A DNA stretch of 64,000 nt from Candidatus Bathyarchaeia archaeon (lineage in GTDB: Archaea; Thermoproteota; Bathyarchaeia; Bathyarchaeales; Bathycorpusculaceae), in the NCBI GenBank assembly GCA_050010755.1, contig JBEKKK010000001.1:96001-160000 (forward strand). Reading direction: 5' to 3'. The position numbers were made by a program, and so were the translations under genes. How positions within the stretch are numbered: position 1 is the stretch's first letter; each line of letters begins with the position of its first letter. The notes under the pieces are model-generated. The model was not told where the DNA came from. It saw nothing but the letters and a program-made list of their open reading frames with translations, and did no database searches. Below, piece by piece: positions 10,472-19,773 of the stretch.

Positions 10472-11292
10472 AAGAAGAGTTTAAGATTGAACCAATACAG
10501 CTGTTGCCGGTTTTGGCAAGCTTGGGATTCGGAATCCTGTGCGCCTATTTGGTATTGACATCTAGCATCACCCGTTACCAAGTCACACCGTTCCCAGAAG
10601 GTGTAGGATCGCTCGTTAACGCACTTTATTTTGTCATACTTGCCGGAGTCGGTGCAACACTATTATATCTACTCGTTAAACGCAAGAAACTGAGGATAAT
10701 CAGCATAATCACGGGCTTCGCCATAACACTTGCGATTCTCCTGCTCTCAATCGTCTACCTTTCTGCATTGTTCTCTCTGCTCGCAATATCCTCCACAACT
10801 GCGTTAATATTGACTCTGGCAGTTGCCACGTCTGTAACGGTCTTGGCGGATCTTGCGATTTTCAAGGTTCAGGGAAGGATTTCCAACGCCGTAATTCTTC
10901 TTCTGGGTGGAGGTCTAGGCGCGTTTCTCGGGGTTTCGATACCGCTTTACAGCGCGATGCTGATTCTGGCTTTCCTAGCTATTTATGACATATACGCAGT
11001 TTATCGCGGCCCCGTAGGAAAGATAGCTCAACAAGGACTCGATGAGCTCCACGGGTTGAGCTTCTCTTTCAGAGATTTTCAAATGGGACTGGGCGACCTC
11101 ACATTCTATTCAATGCTGACAGGCCTTGTCCTCGAAACTGCTGGCCCAATATTCTGCGCTGTTTCAACATTGGGCATAGTTGCCGGAGTTTTACTGGTTC
11201 TCAAAATGTTGGAAAAGAGAGGCATGTTCCCAGGGTTACCCTTCCCAGTGTTTCTCGGCCTTCTGCCACTGATAGTCTATCTTCTTCGGTAA
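10468..11292 (+). CDS. Presenilin-family (GxGD) intramembrane aspartyl protease
   Basis: Multi-pass hydrophobic protein with YD (LAIYDIYAV), GLGD (MGLGDLTFYSML) and PAL-like PGLP motifs. Confidence 0.88.
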   Translation: MKEEFKIEPIQLLPVLASLGFGILCAYLVLTSSITRYQVTPFPEGVGSLVNALYFVILAGVGATLLYLLVKRKKLRIISIITGFAITLAILLLSIVYLSALFSLLAISSTTALILTLAVATSVTVLADLAIFKVQGRISNAVILLLGGGLGAFLGVSIPLYSAMLILAFLAIYDIYAVYRGPVGKIAQQGLDELHGLSFSFRDFQMGLGDLTFYSMLTGLVLETAGPIFCAVSTLGIVAGVLLVLKMLEKRGMFPGLPFPVFLGLLPLIVYLLR

Positions 11293-11388
11293 ATCCGTGG
11301 TAATCAGCCAAGAATAAAAAAAAGGATTGCGATGATCTCAAAAGCCGTAGAAGCTAGCATTCAGTTATTATGCTCTACTTTCTGTTTC

Positions 11389-11568
11389 TCAGGAACTTGA
11401 AAGAACTAACCGAGTAGAGTTCACGCTAACTTCCAGTATTTTGCAGTTCTTGAATTCCTTGGATTGTCCGAGAACGTCTGTGACGGTTACGTTGCTGCCT
11501 TTGAGTTTGGCGAGGACGGCGTCCTTGAACACTGTTTCTCCGTTAAGAATCACTTTAAACTCGCACAT
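11389..11568 (-). CDS. cooT: CooT-family nickel-binding protein (59 aa; absent from ORF track)
   Basis: Hand translation MCEFKVILNGETVFKDAVLAKLKGSNVTVTDVLGQSKEFKNCKILEVSVNSTRLVLSSS; MCE start and D.LG pattern; GGTGGG SD and TTTATAA TATA upstream on minus strand. Confidence 0.85.
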   Translation of the reverse strand: MCEFKVILNGETVFKDAVLAKLKGSNVTVTDVLGQSKEFKNCKILEVSVNSTRLVLSSS

Positions 11569-11678
11569 GTCTGCCCACCAAGTAAAGAAAAGAATCGGGT
11601 GGGTTATAAACCTCTTCTTTATGTGATGGTTGGATTGTTGTTCTCATCCGGAACGAAAGAGTTTTTGTCGGTTGTATT

Positions 11679-12686
11679 CTACTTCATGCTTTTGACGATT
11701 TTCAGTGCGACTTCTTCGGCTTTCATTGCGTCTTCGGCTGTCACCTGAGGTTTCTTGTGGTGGAGGACGCAGTCTATGAAGTGCTCGTCTAGTTGACGGT
11801 GTCCCCAGACTCTGGTGCCTTTAACATCCAGGTTCCATTCTTGCGGTTGTTCCCCTGACCCGTATAACAGAATCTTGTTGAAATTAATAGCGTGGATGAC
11901 ATCCGTGTTATCGCCGTATACCTCCAGTCTGCTGAGGGCTGCAGAAGGCGTCACCGAGGCACCGTAATGAAGTGAACCCACTGCACCGTTTGAGAGCTTG
12001 ACGACGCCCATCGTGTTGTAACCCAGTATTCCCCCGTATTTTTCGAGTTTGGGGTAGCTTGCCATCCATTGGACGTTTTCTATTTCGCTCTTGAACAGCC
12101 ATCTAAACATGTCCAATGACCAGACGGAGAGAGTGAAATCTGGGTAACCTCCGCTCTTTTCTATGTTCCAAGCCCAAGACCCAGCTGGCCACTGTTCAGC
12201 GATGCTTGAAGCAGGTATAAACTCGCGGAAATGGAAGGCTACTGCCTTGCCGATTAGGCCGGATTCTATCATTTCCTTCGTCTTAGCGTATATAGGTGCA
12301 AACCTGAACTGGAGAACCGGCATCAAAACCACCTTGTTCTTTTCAGCGGTCTTTTGAAGTTCTTTCACTTTGTCTATCGTTGGGGCGAGAGGCATCTCAC
12401 ATAAAACATGCTTACCTTTTTTCATTGCTTTCATAGCCAGGTCGAAATGCATTGGCGTCGGAACGGCTAGGACTACTGCTTGAATTTTTGGATCTTCCAA
12501 GAGTTTGTCAAAATCCAGATAGTATTTGACGCCATACTGTTCAGCAAGAGGTTTCACACGTTTTTCCGTAGTGGCTCCTAACGCAATCAGATCCGAGCCC
12601 TCGATTTTCTTGAAACTCGGTACATGCGCCTGTCCCCCCACGAAGCCTACTCCAACAACGGCGACACCCACTTTTTCTGACATCAA
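11679..12686 (-). CDS. Gfo/Idh/MocA-family oxidoreductase
   Basis: VAVVGVGFVG Rossmann motif, AVPTPMH, GKHVLCEMP (EKP variant), RFAP. Confidence 0.9.
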   Translation of the reverse strand: MMSEKVGVAVVGVGFVGGQAHVPSFKKIEGSDLIALGATTEKRVKPLAEQYGVKYYLDFDKLLEDPKIQAVVLAVPTPMHFDLAMKAMKKGKHVLCEMPLAPTIDKVKELQKTAEKNKVVLMPVLQFRFAPIYAKTKEMIESGLIGKAVAFHFREFIPASSIAEQWPAGSWAWNIEKSGGYPDFTLSVWSLDMFRWLFKSEIENVQWMASYPKLEKYGGILGYNTMGVVKLSNGAVGSLHYGASVTPSAALSRLEVYGDNTDVIHAINFNKILLYGSGEQPQEWNLDVKGTRVWGHRQLDEHFIDCVLHHKKPQVTAEDAMKAEEVALKIVKSMK

Positions 12687-12961
12687 CTCTCACCTGCTTA
12701 ATTCTTTGAAGAGCTACACTTTGTATAAAACACTTGCCCTCCCGTGTTTCTGAGAGAGGGTTTACTCCCATAAGAGTTCAAATCGAAGCTTGTTTGGAAA
12801 GAATTTGAACAAAAGAGGCATTCGGGAGATGTTTCAGAAGAACCGCTGGCGCTTTTTCCATGCAATTCCTGGCGCGTTGGACCAATGCACATTTAGGGTT
12901 AGGATTTGATAGTTATAATTCGTTAGCCCAGCGCACATTCTGATGAGCGCTATCGTGAAAG

Positions 12962-13441
12962 ATGAAGCAGATGCCCAATAAAGGCGAGAAGTCTCCCAGC
13001 GTCGATATATTCGAACTCTTAGAGGATACTGGAAAAAAAGAGAAGAAGAAAAGAAAGAAGGAAATTCTCGCACCCTTGGGCACGAAGGAATTCTTCCCTG
13101 AGGGGACCATAACCATTAACAAGAGAATTTGTCACGGCGTGGAATGCAAACTCTGCGTCAAAGCGTGCCCAACAAATGCCCTATTCTGGAAAGCGGGGGA
13201 AATCGGACTGACAGAAGATCTTTGCATATACTGCGGAGCATGTGTTTTGAGCTGCATCGTCGACGACTGCATCAAGATCACAAGGAAAAGATCAACAGGC
13301 GAAGTTGAAACGTTCAGCAAGCCAAGAGATTTCATAACGCAACAATGCAACGTCAACACAAGAAAACGCCTAGAACGAATTAAAGAGGTCTTCCCAGAGC
13401 CTGAAGATTATCTCAAGCGAAGAAAGAAAAAAACTCCATGA
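12962..13441 (+). CDS. 4Fe-4S dicluster ferredoxin-like protein
   Basis: CHGVECKLCVKACP and CIYCGACVLSC motifs. Confidence 0.85.
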   Translation: MKQMPNKGEKSPSVDIFELLEDTGKKEKKKRKKEILAPLGTKEFFPEGTITINKRICHGVECKLCVKACPTNALFWKAGEIGLTEDLCIYCGACVLSCIVDDCIKITRKRSTGEVETFSKPRDFITQQCNVNTRKRLERIKEVFPEPEDYLKRRKKKTP

Positions 13442-13561
13442 ATTTGACTAAATCTTTCGTTAACCAGCTCCTCAGCAACAAAGCGTATTCCGCGATCCAT
13501 TTGCGCCAGAAGGGAAAACATAAAGAACACGGCAAGCTAAGATTTCCCATGTGGAAGGGGC

Positions 13562-14362
13562 TTGAACCCGAAGGATAAAGAGAAAGCATTAACCCTCGTT
13601 TTCGTTTACAGCGGCGAGTTTTCAGAACGCGTGATAAGGAACGTTATCAACGATCCAAGCTTCTGCAAACCGTGCGGACTCTACTGTGATTCTTGCAAGT
13701 ATGGCGCTTACACTCATGTTCAAAACATAAAAGCAGCGATAGAGCTTCCAGGTCCTGCAGACCTTCCAGCCTTCATCGATAACCCCGATGAACACATGCC
13801 AAAAAGAATCCCCAAGGCAGACTTATGCATAGCGTCTGGTCTGCATAAGGATTTGCTGCTAGAGCTGCCAAATCATCTGCACCGGGCCGGGATGAAAGGG
13901 TTAATCGTTCCCATTGAGGATTTCGTGGAGGTTCCGATGGGCCTGAAGAAACAGATTGAAGAAAAGTGCCATGAACTTGGGCTTGAAAGTGCCTTTCCGA
14001 AACCTTTCTGTTCGTTAGAACCGTCCGAGAGCAAACCAACGATATCTCGATGCGTCACCGAATTGAAGATAGGAAAGCCCGTCTTGGAGATCTCGACTGA
14101 GAAGAAAGATAAGCGTGAGGTCATAGAGGCAGCGATTGCCAGACGAAGCGCCCCCTGCGGTTCCACGTGGTATGTTGCAAGAAAACTGACGGGAGTGGAT
14201 ACAGAGAAGGGTATTCTTTATGACGTAATTGCGAAGGCTCATCACAGTTATCCATGCACTGCAACGATGGGCGTCGACCCTGAAACAAAGGAGCCAATAC
14301 TTCACTTAGGCGGTTTCATCATACGAGAAGCCGTAGAAAAGGCATTAGAACAAAGAAAGTGA
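13562..14362 (+). CDS. DUF166-family protein
   Basis: H.DLL.ELP, PKPFCSL, R.APCGSTWYVA, HHSYPCTA.M..D motifs. Confidence 0.8.
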   Translation: MNPKDKEKALTLVFVYSGEFSERVIRNVINDPSFCKPCGLYCDSCKYGAYTHVQNIKAAIELPGPADLPAFIDNPDEHMPKRIPKADLCIASGLHKDLLLELPNHLHRAGMKGLIVPIEDFVEVPMGLKKQIEEKCHELGLESAFPKPFCSLEPSESKPTISRCVTELKIGKPVLEISTEKKDKREVIEAAIARRSAPCGSTWYVARKLTGVDTEKGILYDVIAKAHHSYPCTATMGVDPETKEPILHLGGFIIREAVEKALEQRK

Positions 14363-14400
14363 TAACGGCGCACTTTACGCTCTTCTTTAAGGAAGGGCTC

Positions 14401-16818
14401 TTAACTGTCGGTTTTCTCTCCCTGCGCAGGGGCTGATGGATATTCCTTGAGTTTTTCAGCCATTTGTTTGATGCGTTTGTCCACTCTGTAGTTGACGGTT
14501 TCTTCTTCGAAGGTTCCGTCCTCACGTCTTTCGCCAGCTTTGACGCCCGTTAGTACTTCTATTCCTTCGTCGATGGTTTTGACGGGGATTATGTGGAATT
14601 TTCCTTCTTTGACAGCATCGACAATTTCCTCTTTTAACATGAGGTTTTGCACGTTGCTTTCAGGCATCATCACCCCTTGTCTCCCAGTGAGACCTTTGGC
14701 TTTGCAAACCTCGAAGAAACCTTCGATTTTTTCATTCACTCCGCCGATGGCTTGAACCTCGCCCTTCTGGTTCACGGAGCCTGTGACAGCGAAGTTTTGC
14801 TTTATCGGTAGCTGAGAGAGAACTGAGAGGATTGCATAGAGTTCTGTGCTTGAGGCACTGTCACCTTCCACTCCCGCGTAGTTCTGTTCGAAAACGAGGC
14901 GTGCCGAGAGGCTAAGAGGCTTGTTTTGTGCGTACTTCTCGTTCAGGTAGCCGCTAAGGATCAGAACGCCCTTGGTGTGGATGGGTCCTCCTGTTTTGGC
15001 TTCACGTTCGATATCGATGACTCCTTCACGGCCGAGGCCCACACTAGCAGTCACGCGTGAAGGACTTCCGAACTCGAAGTCTCCCAGCTCCATCACAGAA
15101 AGGCCGTTCACCTGTCCTACACTCGACGACTCGGTGTCTATGAGCAGGATACCTCTTTTTATCATCTCGTCTATTTTCTCTTGTATCAGTTTCGAACGGT
15201 AAACCTTCTCTTCGATGGCTTTCTTTACATGAATCCCAGTGACAAACTTGGAGTTCTCTTGCGCCGCGTAGAAGTTGGCTTCCCGTATGGTGTCTGCAAC
15301 CTCGGCAAACCTGGTTGACAGTTTCTGCTGGTCTTCAGCCAGTCTTGAACTGTGTTCTATCAGTTTGGCCACGCCTGAACTGTCGAGGTGTTTTAGGTTT
15401 TCCTTCTCGCAAAGCATGCAGACGAAGGCAGCGTATTGTTGTACGTTTTCTTCGGTTCTGTCCATAGTCGTGTCAAAATCCGCTTTAACCTTGAAAAGCT
15501 GATTAAAATCCATGTCCAAGCTGTACAATTGTTGGTACAAGTAGGGGTCACCGATGAGAATCACCTTGACGTTCAGAGGAATCGGCTCGGGCTTCAAACT
15601 TTTTGTCGCTATGAAACCCAAAGTCTCTTCGAGCTCTTCGATAACTATATGATCGTTTTTCAAGGCTCTTTTCAAGCCATCATACGAGAATGAGTTGCGA
15701 AGCAGCTCTTCAACAGGAAGAATCAGATAACCACCGTTGGCCTTGTGTAATGATCCACCACGGATCATGGTGAAGTCGGTAACTAGGGCCCCAAATTGGG
15801 CTTCCTTCTCTATCCTGCCGAAAAGATGCTGATAAGTGGGGTTTAACTCTATCACAACCGGAGCGCCGCTGACGTTTGAGTTATCAACAATGGCGTTCAC
15901 TTCATACTTTTTGAAAGGCGTCTCCTTCATCCACCGAGCTGGAAAAGGAAGTTGTGGAGACTCCTCCCCCGCCTCTTTTATGAAGTGAGGTAGGTTGTTA
16001 AGAATGTCAGTTTGCACCTCGTCTATGTAAGTGGTCACATCCTGAAATTGCCCGTATTCCTCCTTCAAGGCAGTCACGATGTGTCCGATGGCGAAAATTG
16101 CAACGTCACGGTTGAGTTTCTTAAGAGTCTCGTCAGCTTTTCCTTCCAATTCTTTGAGTTGCCTCATAGCGCTTGTGAACTGATCTGTAAGTTGCCCTCT
16201 TTTCTTCTCGATTGCATCCCGTATTTTCGGGTCTAACGCGATGAAGTCTTGGTCGCTCACGGGTTTTCCTTTGATTACTGGAATCATGAGCCAACCGACT
16301 GGTGAGGCCTGCAGGATAAAACCCTGTTCTTGGGCCTGCTTCGTAAGTTGGGCGATTAGTTTCTGTCTTTCCTCTTCAACAGATCTGATCGCGGAGGCTC
16401 TTCTTGTGCCGTAATCCTCGCTTTCAAAGGCTTTCGGCAGAGCCCTCTGAGCTTCACTGACGAAAGTTGCCATGTCATCTCGAAGGTGTGTCCCTTTTCC
16501 AGCTGGAAGCTTTATGGCTTTAGGCTCGTATTGATTGTGAAAGTTGTTCACGTAGCACCAGTCAGACGGGACCAATCCGGTCTTGGCCAGATCCGACACA
16601 AAGTTCCTAACAGCCGTCGTCCTGCCTGTTCCAGGAAAACCTGCAACGTAAATGTTAAAACCGCGATCCCTGATTCCCAGCCCGAACTTGAGAGCCCTGA
16701 CAGCCCTCTCCTGGCCTATAATCTCCTGAAGAGGCGCCAACCCTTGCGTGGTTTCACACGGCATAATATCGGAAGTACATTCTCTTCTTATCTTCTCTGC
16801 CGACAACTCATCTACCAT
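14401..16818 (-). CDS. Lon-family protease, soluble LonC-like type
   Basis: IGQERA, degenerate Walker A GFPGTGRTT, long coiled-coil insert, GSLHKANGG, VGQVNGL, catalytic GDSAS and NEKIEG; no transmembrane segments; start set at ATG 16818 behind GGAGGGTG. Confidence 0.88.
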   Translation of the reverse strand: MVDELSAEKIRRECTSDIMPCETTQGLAPLQEIIGQERAVRALKFGLGIRDRGFNIYVAGFPGTGRTTAVRNFVSDLAKTGLVPSDWCYVNNFHNQYEPKAIKLPAGKGTHLRDDMATFVSEAQRALPKAFESEDYGTRRASAIRSVEEERQKLIAQLTKQAQEQGFILQASPVGWLMIPVIKGKPVSDQDFIALDPKIRDAIEKKRGQLTDQFTSAMRQLKELEGKADETLKKLNRDVAIFAIGHIVTALKEEYGQFQDVTTYIDEVQTDILNNLPHFIKEAGEESPQLPFPARWMKETPFKKYEVNAIVDNSNVSGAPVVIELNPTYQHLFGRIEKEAQFGALVTDFTMIRGGSLHKANGGYLILPVEELLRNSFSYDGLKRALKNDHIVIEELEETLGFIATKSLKPEPIPLNVKVILIGDPYLYQQLYSLDMDFNQLFKVKADFDTTMDRTEENVQQYAAFVCMLCEKENLKHLDSSGVAKLIEHSSRLAEDQQKLSTRFAEVADTIREANFYAAQENSKFVTGIHVKKAIEEKVYRSKLIQEKIDEMIKRGILLIDTESSSVGQVNGLSVMELGDFEFGSPSRVTASVGLGREGVIDIEREAKTGGPIHTKGVLILSGYLNEKYAQNKPLSLSARLVFEQNYAGVEGDSASSTELYAILSVLSQLPIKQNFAVTGSVNQKGEVQAIGGVNEKIEGFFEVCKAKGLTGRQGVMMPESNVQNLMLKEEIVDAVKEGKFHIIPVKTIDEGIEVLTGVKAGERREDGTFEEETVNYRVDKRIKQMAEKLKEYPSAPAQGEKTDS

Positions 16819-16865
16819 CGAACACACCCTCCATATTCTCAGAAAATCAATTTTTCACTCATAGA

Positions 16866-16886
16866 GATAAAAGTAACCCTTTTATC
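16866..16886. promoter_or_regulatory. Inverted repeat in Lon promoter region (candidate operator)
   Basis: GATAAAAG-TAACC-CTTTTATC, perfect 8-bp arms ~50 bp upstream of the Lon start. Confidence 0.4.
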
Positions 16887-17082
16887 AGTTTCGCTTCCCA
16901 CCTTCAATGACAAAATCTTTTGCCCGCACATGCGCGCATGAATATCAAGCGTTGCCCAAATGCCATCTCCTTTGGAACGGATGATTCATTTCATTAAAGA
17001 ATTGGACGATGAACTTGCATATATGCACATGCCCCCACCTGGGCTATACACCTTAGGAATATGTTCGTATGTCTGGGGTGCA

Positions 17083-18522
17083 TCAAGCTTGTTTTTGCCA
17101 TTTGTCCTGCAGAAATTTAGGAATCTCAGAGGAATCTCTGGGACCAACCATGACTTGCCAGCCGCTGAGTTCTTCGATTTCGCCGCTGAGGCGCGCAGAT
17201 TTTCCGGGAATTATGATTTTCTTGTGTTTGACTTTGTTTTCAATTCCTGAAGCTTTTATGGCGTCCGCGATTTTTTCCGCGGTTAACTTTCTACCTGCAA
17301 CTGCGCTATCTACGGCTGTTCCTTCAGTGTCGACAACAAGCACGTACGCGTTGATTTTCGCGGATTCGATGTCTGAGGCGACTGTGAAATATGTGAGCGC
17401 GAAGTTTGTTGTGAACAATACCGGCGAGTTTTCTTCAGGAGTGCCGAACACTTTCAGTCCCGATTCCACGGCCACCGGCTTTCTTGGGTCGGTGTAAATG
17501 TTTTGCCGCAGTATCACGCTTGGGAGAAGTGACCAACCGTCAACGCTGTGCATGATAATGATGTCTGCGAAGCGGACGATGAGCATCGAAGCCAGGTAGG
17601 CTTCTCTCCACTTCACGATTTCGTCCACGGCTTCGCCTCTTTCCATCCAGGCGACCATGGGTACACCTATGAGCGGAAAGCCGCAGAGCTCGTCTCCTTT
17701 CTCGCACGCGGCCCTGCGAATCATCGTGAAGTTGTTCAGTGTGTCGGCCAGACCGTCGCTTGAGAAGGTGCCAGGGTCCAGGGCCAAGTGCTCAACGCCG
17801 TATTCTGTCAGAGTCTTGGCCAAGGATAGGAGCGTTTTCAAATCGTTTGGCGCGAGAACGGCGAGGGGGCAATTGTACATGAGGGCAAGCTCGGCCATTT
17901 CCTTCCAGTTGTCTTTCGTAGCTGCGTACAAGAGCGGTCTGGATTTCGGAATGGCCATTACTCCCGCCTCCAGAACATTGGGGTCTAAAGAGCACAAAAC
18001 GAGTGGTAGGTTCGTGTTGTCTGCCACTTTTTTGACGGTGGCTGCGAACTTTTCAGGGTCTTTTGAAGTGGAGCGGATGGCAACCATGTTGAGTCTCAAC
18101 GTCTGTCCTATGTACTCGAAGTTGAAGCCTTCAGTCCGCTTAACCCGGTCCAACATGATTTCATCAGTCATTTCGTCTGTGACGTCGATGGCGATTGCCG
18201 TCGGGTTGGTGTACGTGAACTCGTGTCGGTACATGACGAGTTTTCCGCCGATTTTCACAGCTTTGTCACCGACGCCTACGGTAACTTCTTTTATGGCTGG
18301 TTTCAGCATTTCTTTCAGTTGTCTGTAGGCTTTCTCTTGCATTTTGGCCAGGAGCGGTTTGCATTTTTCAAGAGTTACTTCGCGGTTGACGAGTTTTGTC
18401 GCGAAAGCTAAGCAGTTTTCTTCTCCGCACTCTTTGCAGTTCGTCTTTGGAAGAAGCTTGTAAACGTCTATCGGACTTAGCTCTTTTATGCCGACTCTTC
18501 CCTTTCCTTCCTTCTCACTCAT
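17083..18522 (-). CDS. cdhE: ACDS complex gamma subunit (corrinoid Fe-S protein large subunit)
   Basis: LPKTNCKECG..CLAFA Fe-S motif, YRHE, RQNIYTDPRKP, TTNFALTYF. Confidence 0.96.
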   Translation of the reverse strand: MSEKEGKGRVGIKELSPIDVYKLLPKTNCKECGEENCLAFATKLVNREVTLEKCKPLLAKMQEKAYRQLKEMLKPAIKEVTVGVGDKAVKIGGKLVMYRHEFTYTNPTAIAIDVTDEMTDEIMLDRVKRTEGFNFEYIGQTLRLNMVAIRSTSKDPEKFAATVKKVADNTNLPLVLCSLDPNVLEAGVMAIPKSRPLLYAATKDNWKEMAELALMYNCPLAVLAPNDLKTLLSLAKTLTEYGVEHLALDPGTFSSDGLADTLNNFTMIRRAACEKGDELCGFPLIGVPMVAWMERGEAVDEIVKWREAYLASMLIVRFADIIIMHSVDGWSLLPSVILRQNIYTDPRKPVAVESGLKVFGTPEENSPVLFTTNFALTYFTVASDIESAKINAYVLVVDTEGTAVDSAVAGRKLTAEKIADAIKASGIENKVKHKKIIIPGKSARLSGEIEELSGWQVMVGPRDSSEIPKFLQDKWQKQA

Positions 18523-18540
18523 ACAAGTCCACCTTAAAGT

Positions 18541-19767
18541 CTAAACTTTGGCGGAGACCCATTCTGCAAGTTTGCTTGCGTTGCCCGAACTGCCGCACTC
18601 AAGTTGTCGAGTTATGTCCTTGAGGGTTTTCACGGCGGCCGGATGCATCATCATGAACAGGTCGACGCCTGCGAGCAGAAGCGTCACGGCCGTGGTCACT
18701 TCCCACAGGGGGCCTCGCAGCTCGCGGGGTTCCCATTCGGGGGCCATCTTCAGCCAAGCCTCTCTTGCTGCCCAAGCGTTTGTGGTTCCTGAAGACATTG
18801 GATGCGCCAGCTCCGGGTCTCCCATCAGTCCGCCGAGTCTGGCCCGCTCCATGTTGGTGAATGCATAGTCCAATCCATAGCCGAGTGCCGCCGTCGTCAA
18901 ATCCATAACGATGTCCTCTTTTGGCATGAAGTCGTAGAGTCGACGGTTGAGCTCTCTGGCCAAGTTCAAATCCATAGGAGTGAACGATAATGCGACATGC
19001 CCGTTTTTCTTGATGAACTTCGCGCAGCGTTCCACGTCCATGTCCTTCGTCACGGAGCTCATCAGGAACCTCTCGCCCGCAAAGGTTTCGGCGATTTCCG
19101 CGAAGACTTCGGTGTCTTTGACCGGATCCCCGCATCCGCCGATTACCAAGGGCACGTCCACGGCTTGAACTATATTCTCAACGGTCTTGACCGCGTCTTT
19201 CGGCGGAGCGTTCTTTATGAGTGGATCAATGCTGATTAAGTGTATTGTCAGAAGGTCGGCTCCGAACTTTTCGACGGCAAGCTTGGCCCAAGCTGCAGGA
19301 TCGCCAACGACTTCTTTGATGTGCATCTTGACAGCTTTTGGAAGCGGAACTTCCATGTCGAAAATGTCCAACGTCACGACCGGAGGATGAGGCATGGATC
19401 TCTCAAAAGTGTAGAAAGCCGGCGCAGTTTCGCCGCCGATTACGACGCACTTCCCGCGGGTTCCACCTTCCTTTTTCGTCGCCCCAAGCTTCACTTCCAC
19501 AATCTGGCCTGGATACGTCTTGACCGGTGGAACAAACTCTCTCTGTAAGATAGTTTGGGGCTTAACCTTTGCCGGTGCGACCACCTTAGGTTGCGAGATT
19601 ACTCGCGGAGCAACCGCGCCCGGTTGAATCGAGATTTCTAAGCTGCCCACTTCCATCTCGAAGTCATCAAGTTCTATTTCTTGGAGTTTTGCAAGTAGTT
19701 CTGTCAGGCGCGGACTAAGCTTCACTCCAAGAGGATTTTCTTCTTTATCTTTCTCATTTTCAGGCAA
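18541..19767 (-). CDS. cdhD: ACDS complex delta subunit (corrinoid Fe-S protein small subunit)
   Basis: LGAT..EGGTR, TTAALGYGLDY, MERARL, NAWAAREAW, GPLWE, MMMHP. Confidence 0.96.
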   Translation of the reverse strand: MPENEKDKEENPLGVKLSPRLTELLAKLQEIELDDFEMEVGSLEISIQPGAVAPRVISQPKVVAPAKVKPQTILQREFVPPVKTYPGQIVEVKLGATKKEGGTRGKCVVIGGETAPAFYTFERSMPHPPVVTLDIFDMEVPLPKAVKMHIKEVVGDPAAWAKLAVEKFGADLLTIHLISIDPLIKNAPPKDAVKTVENIVQAVDVPLVIGGCGDPVKDTEVFAEIAETFAGERFLMSSVTKDMDVERCAKFIKKNGHVALSFTPMDLNLARELNRRLYDFMPKEDIVMDLTTAALGYGLDYAFTNMERARLGGLMGDPELAHPMSSGTTNAWAAREAWLKMAPEWEPRELRGPLWEVTTAVTLLLAGVDLFMMMHPAAVKTLKDITRQLECGSSGNASKLAEWVSAKV

Positions 19768-19773
19768 GCCTGT

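Noticed and set aside
11368-11391. Possible selenocysteine/readthrough at the cooT TGA
   Set aside because: CooT is already full length, the position is not a Cys-equivalent and no SECIS-like hairpin was seen
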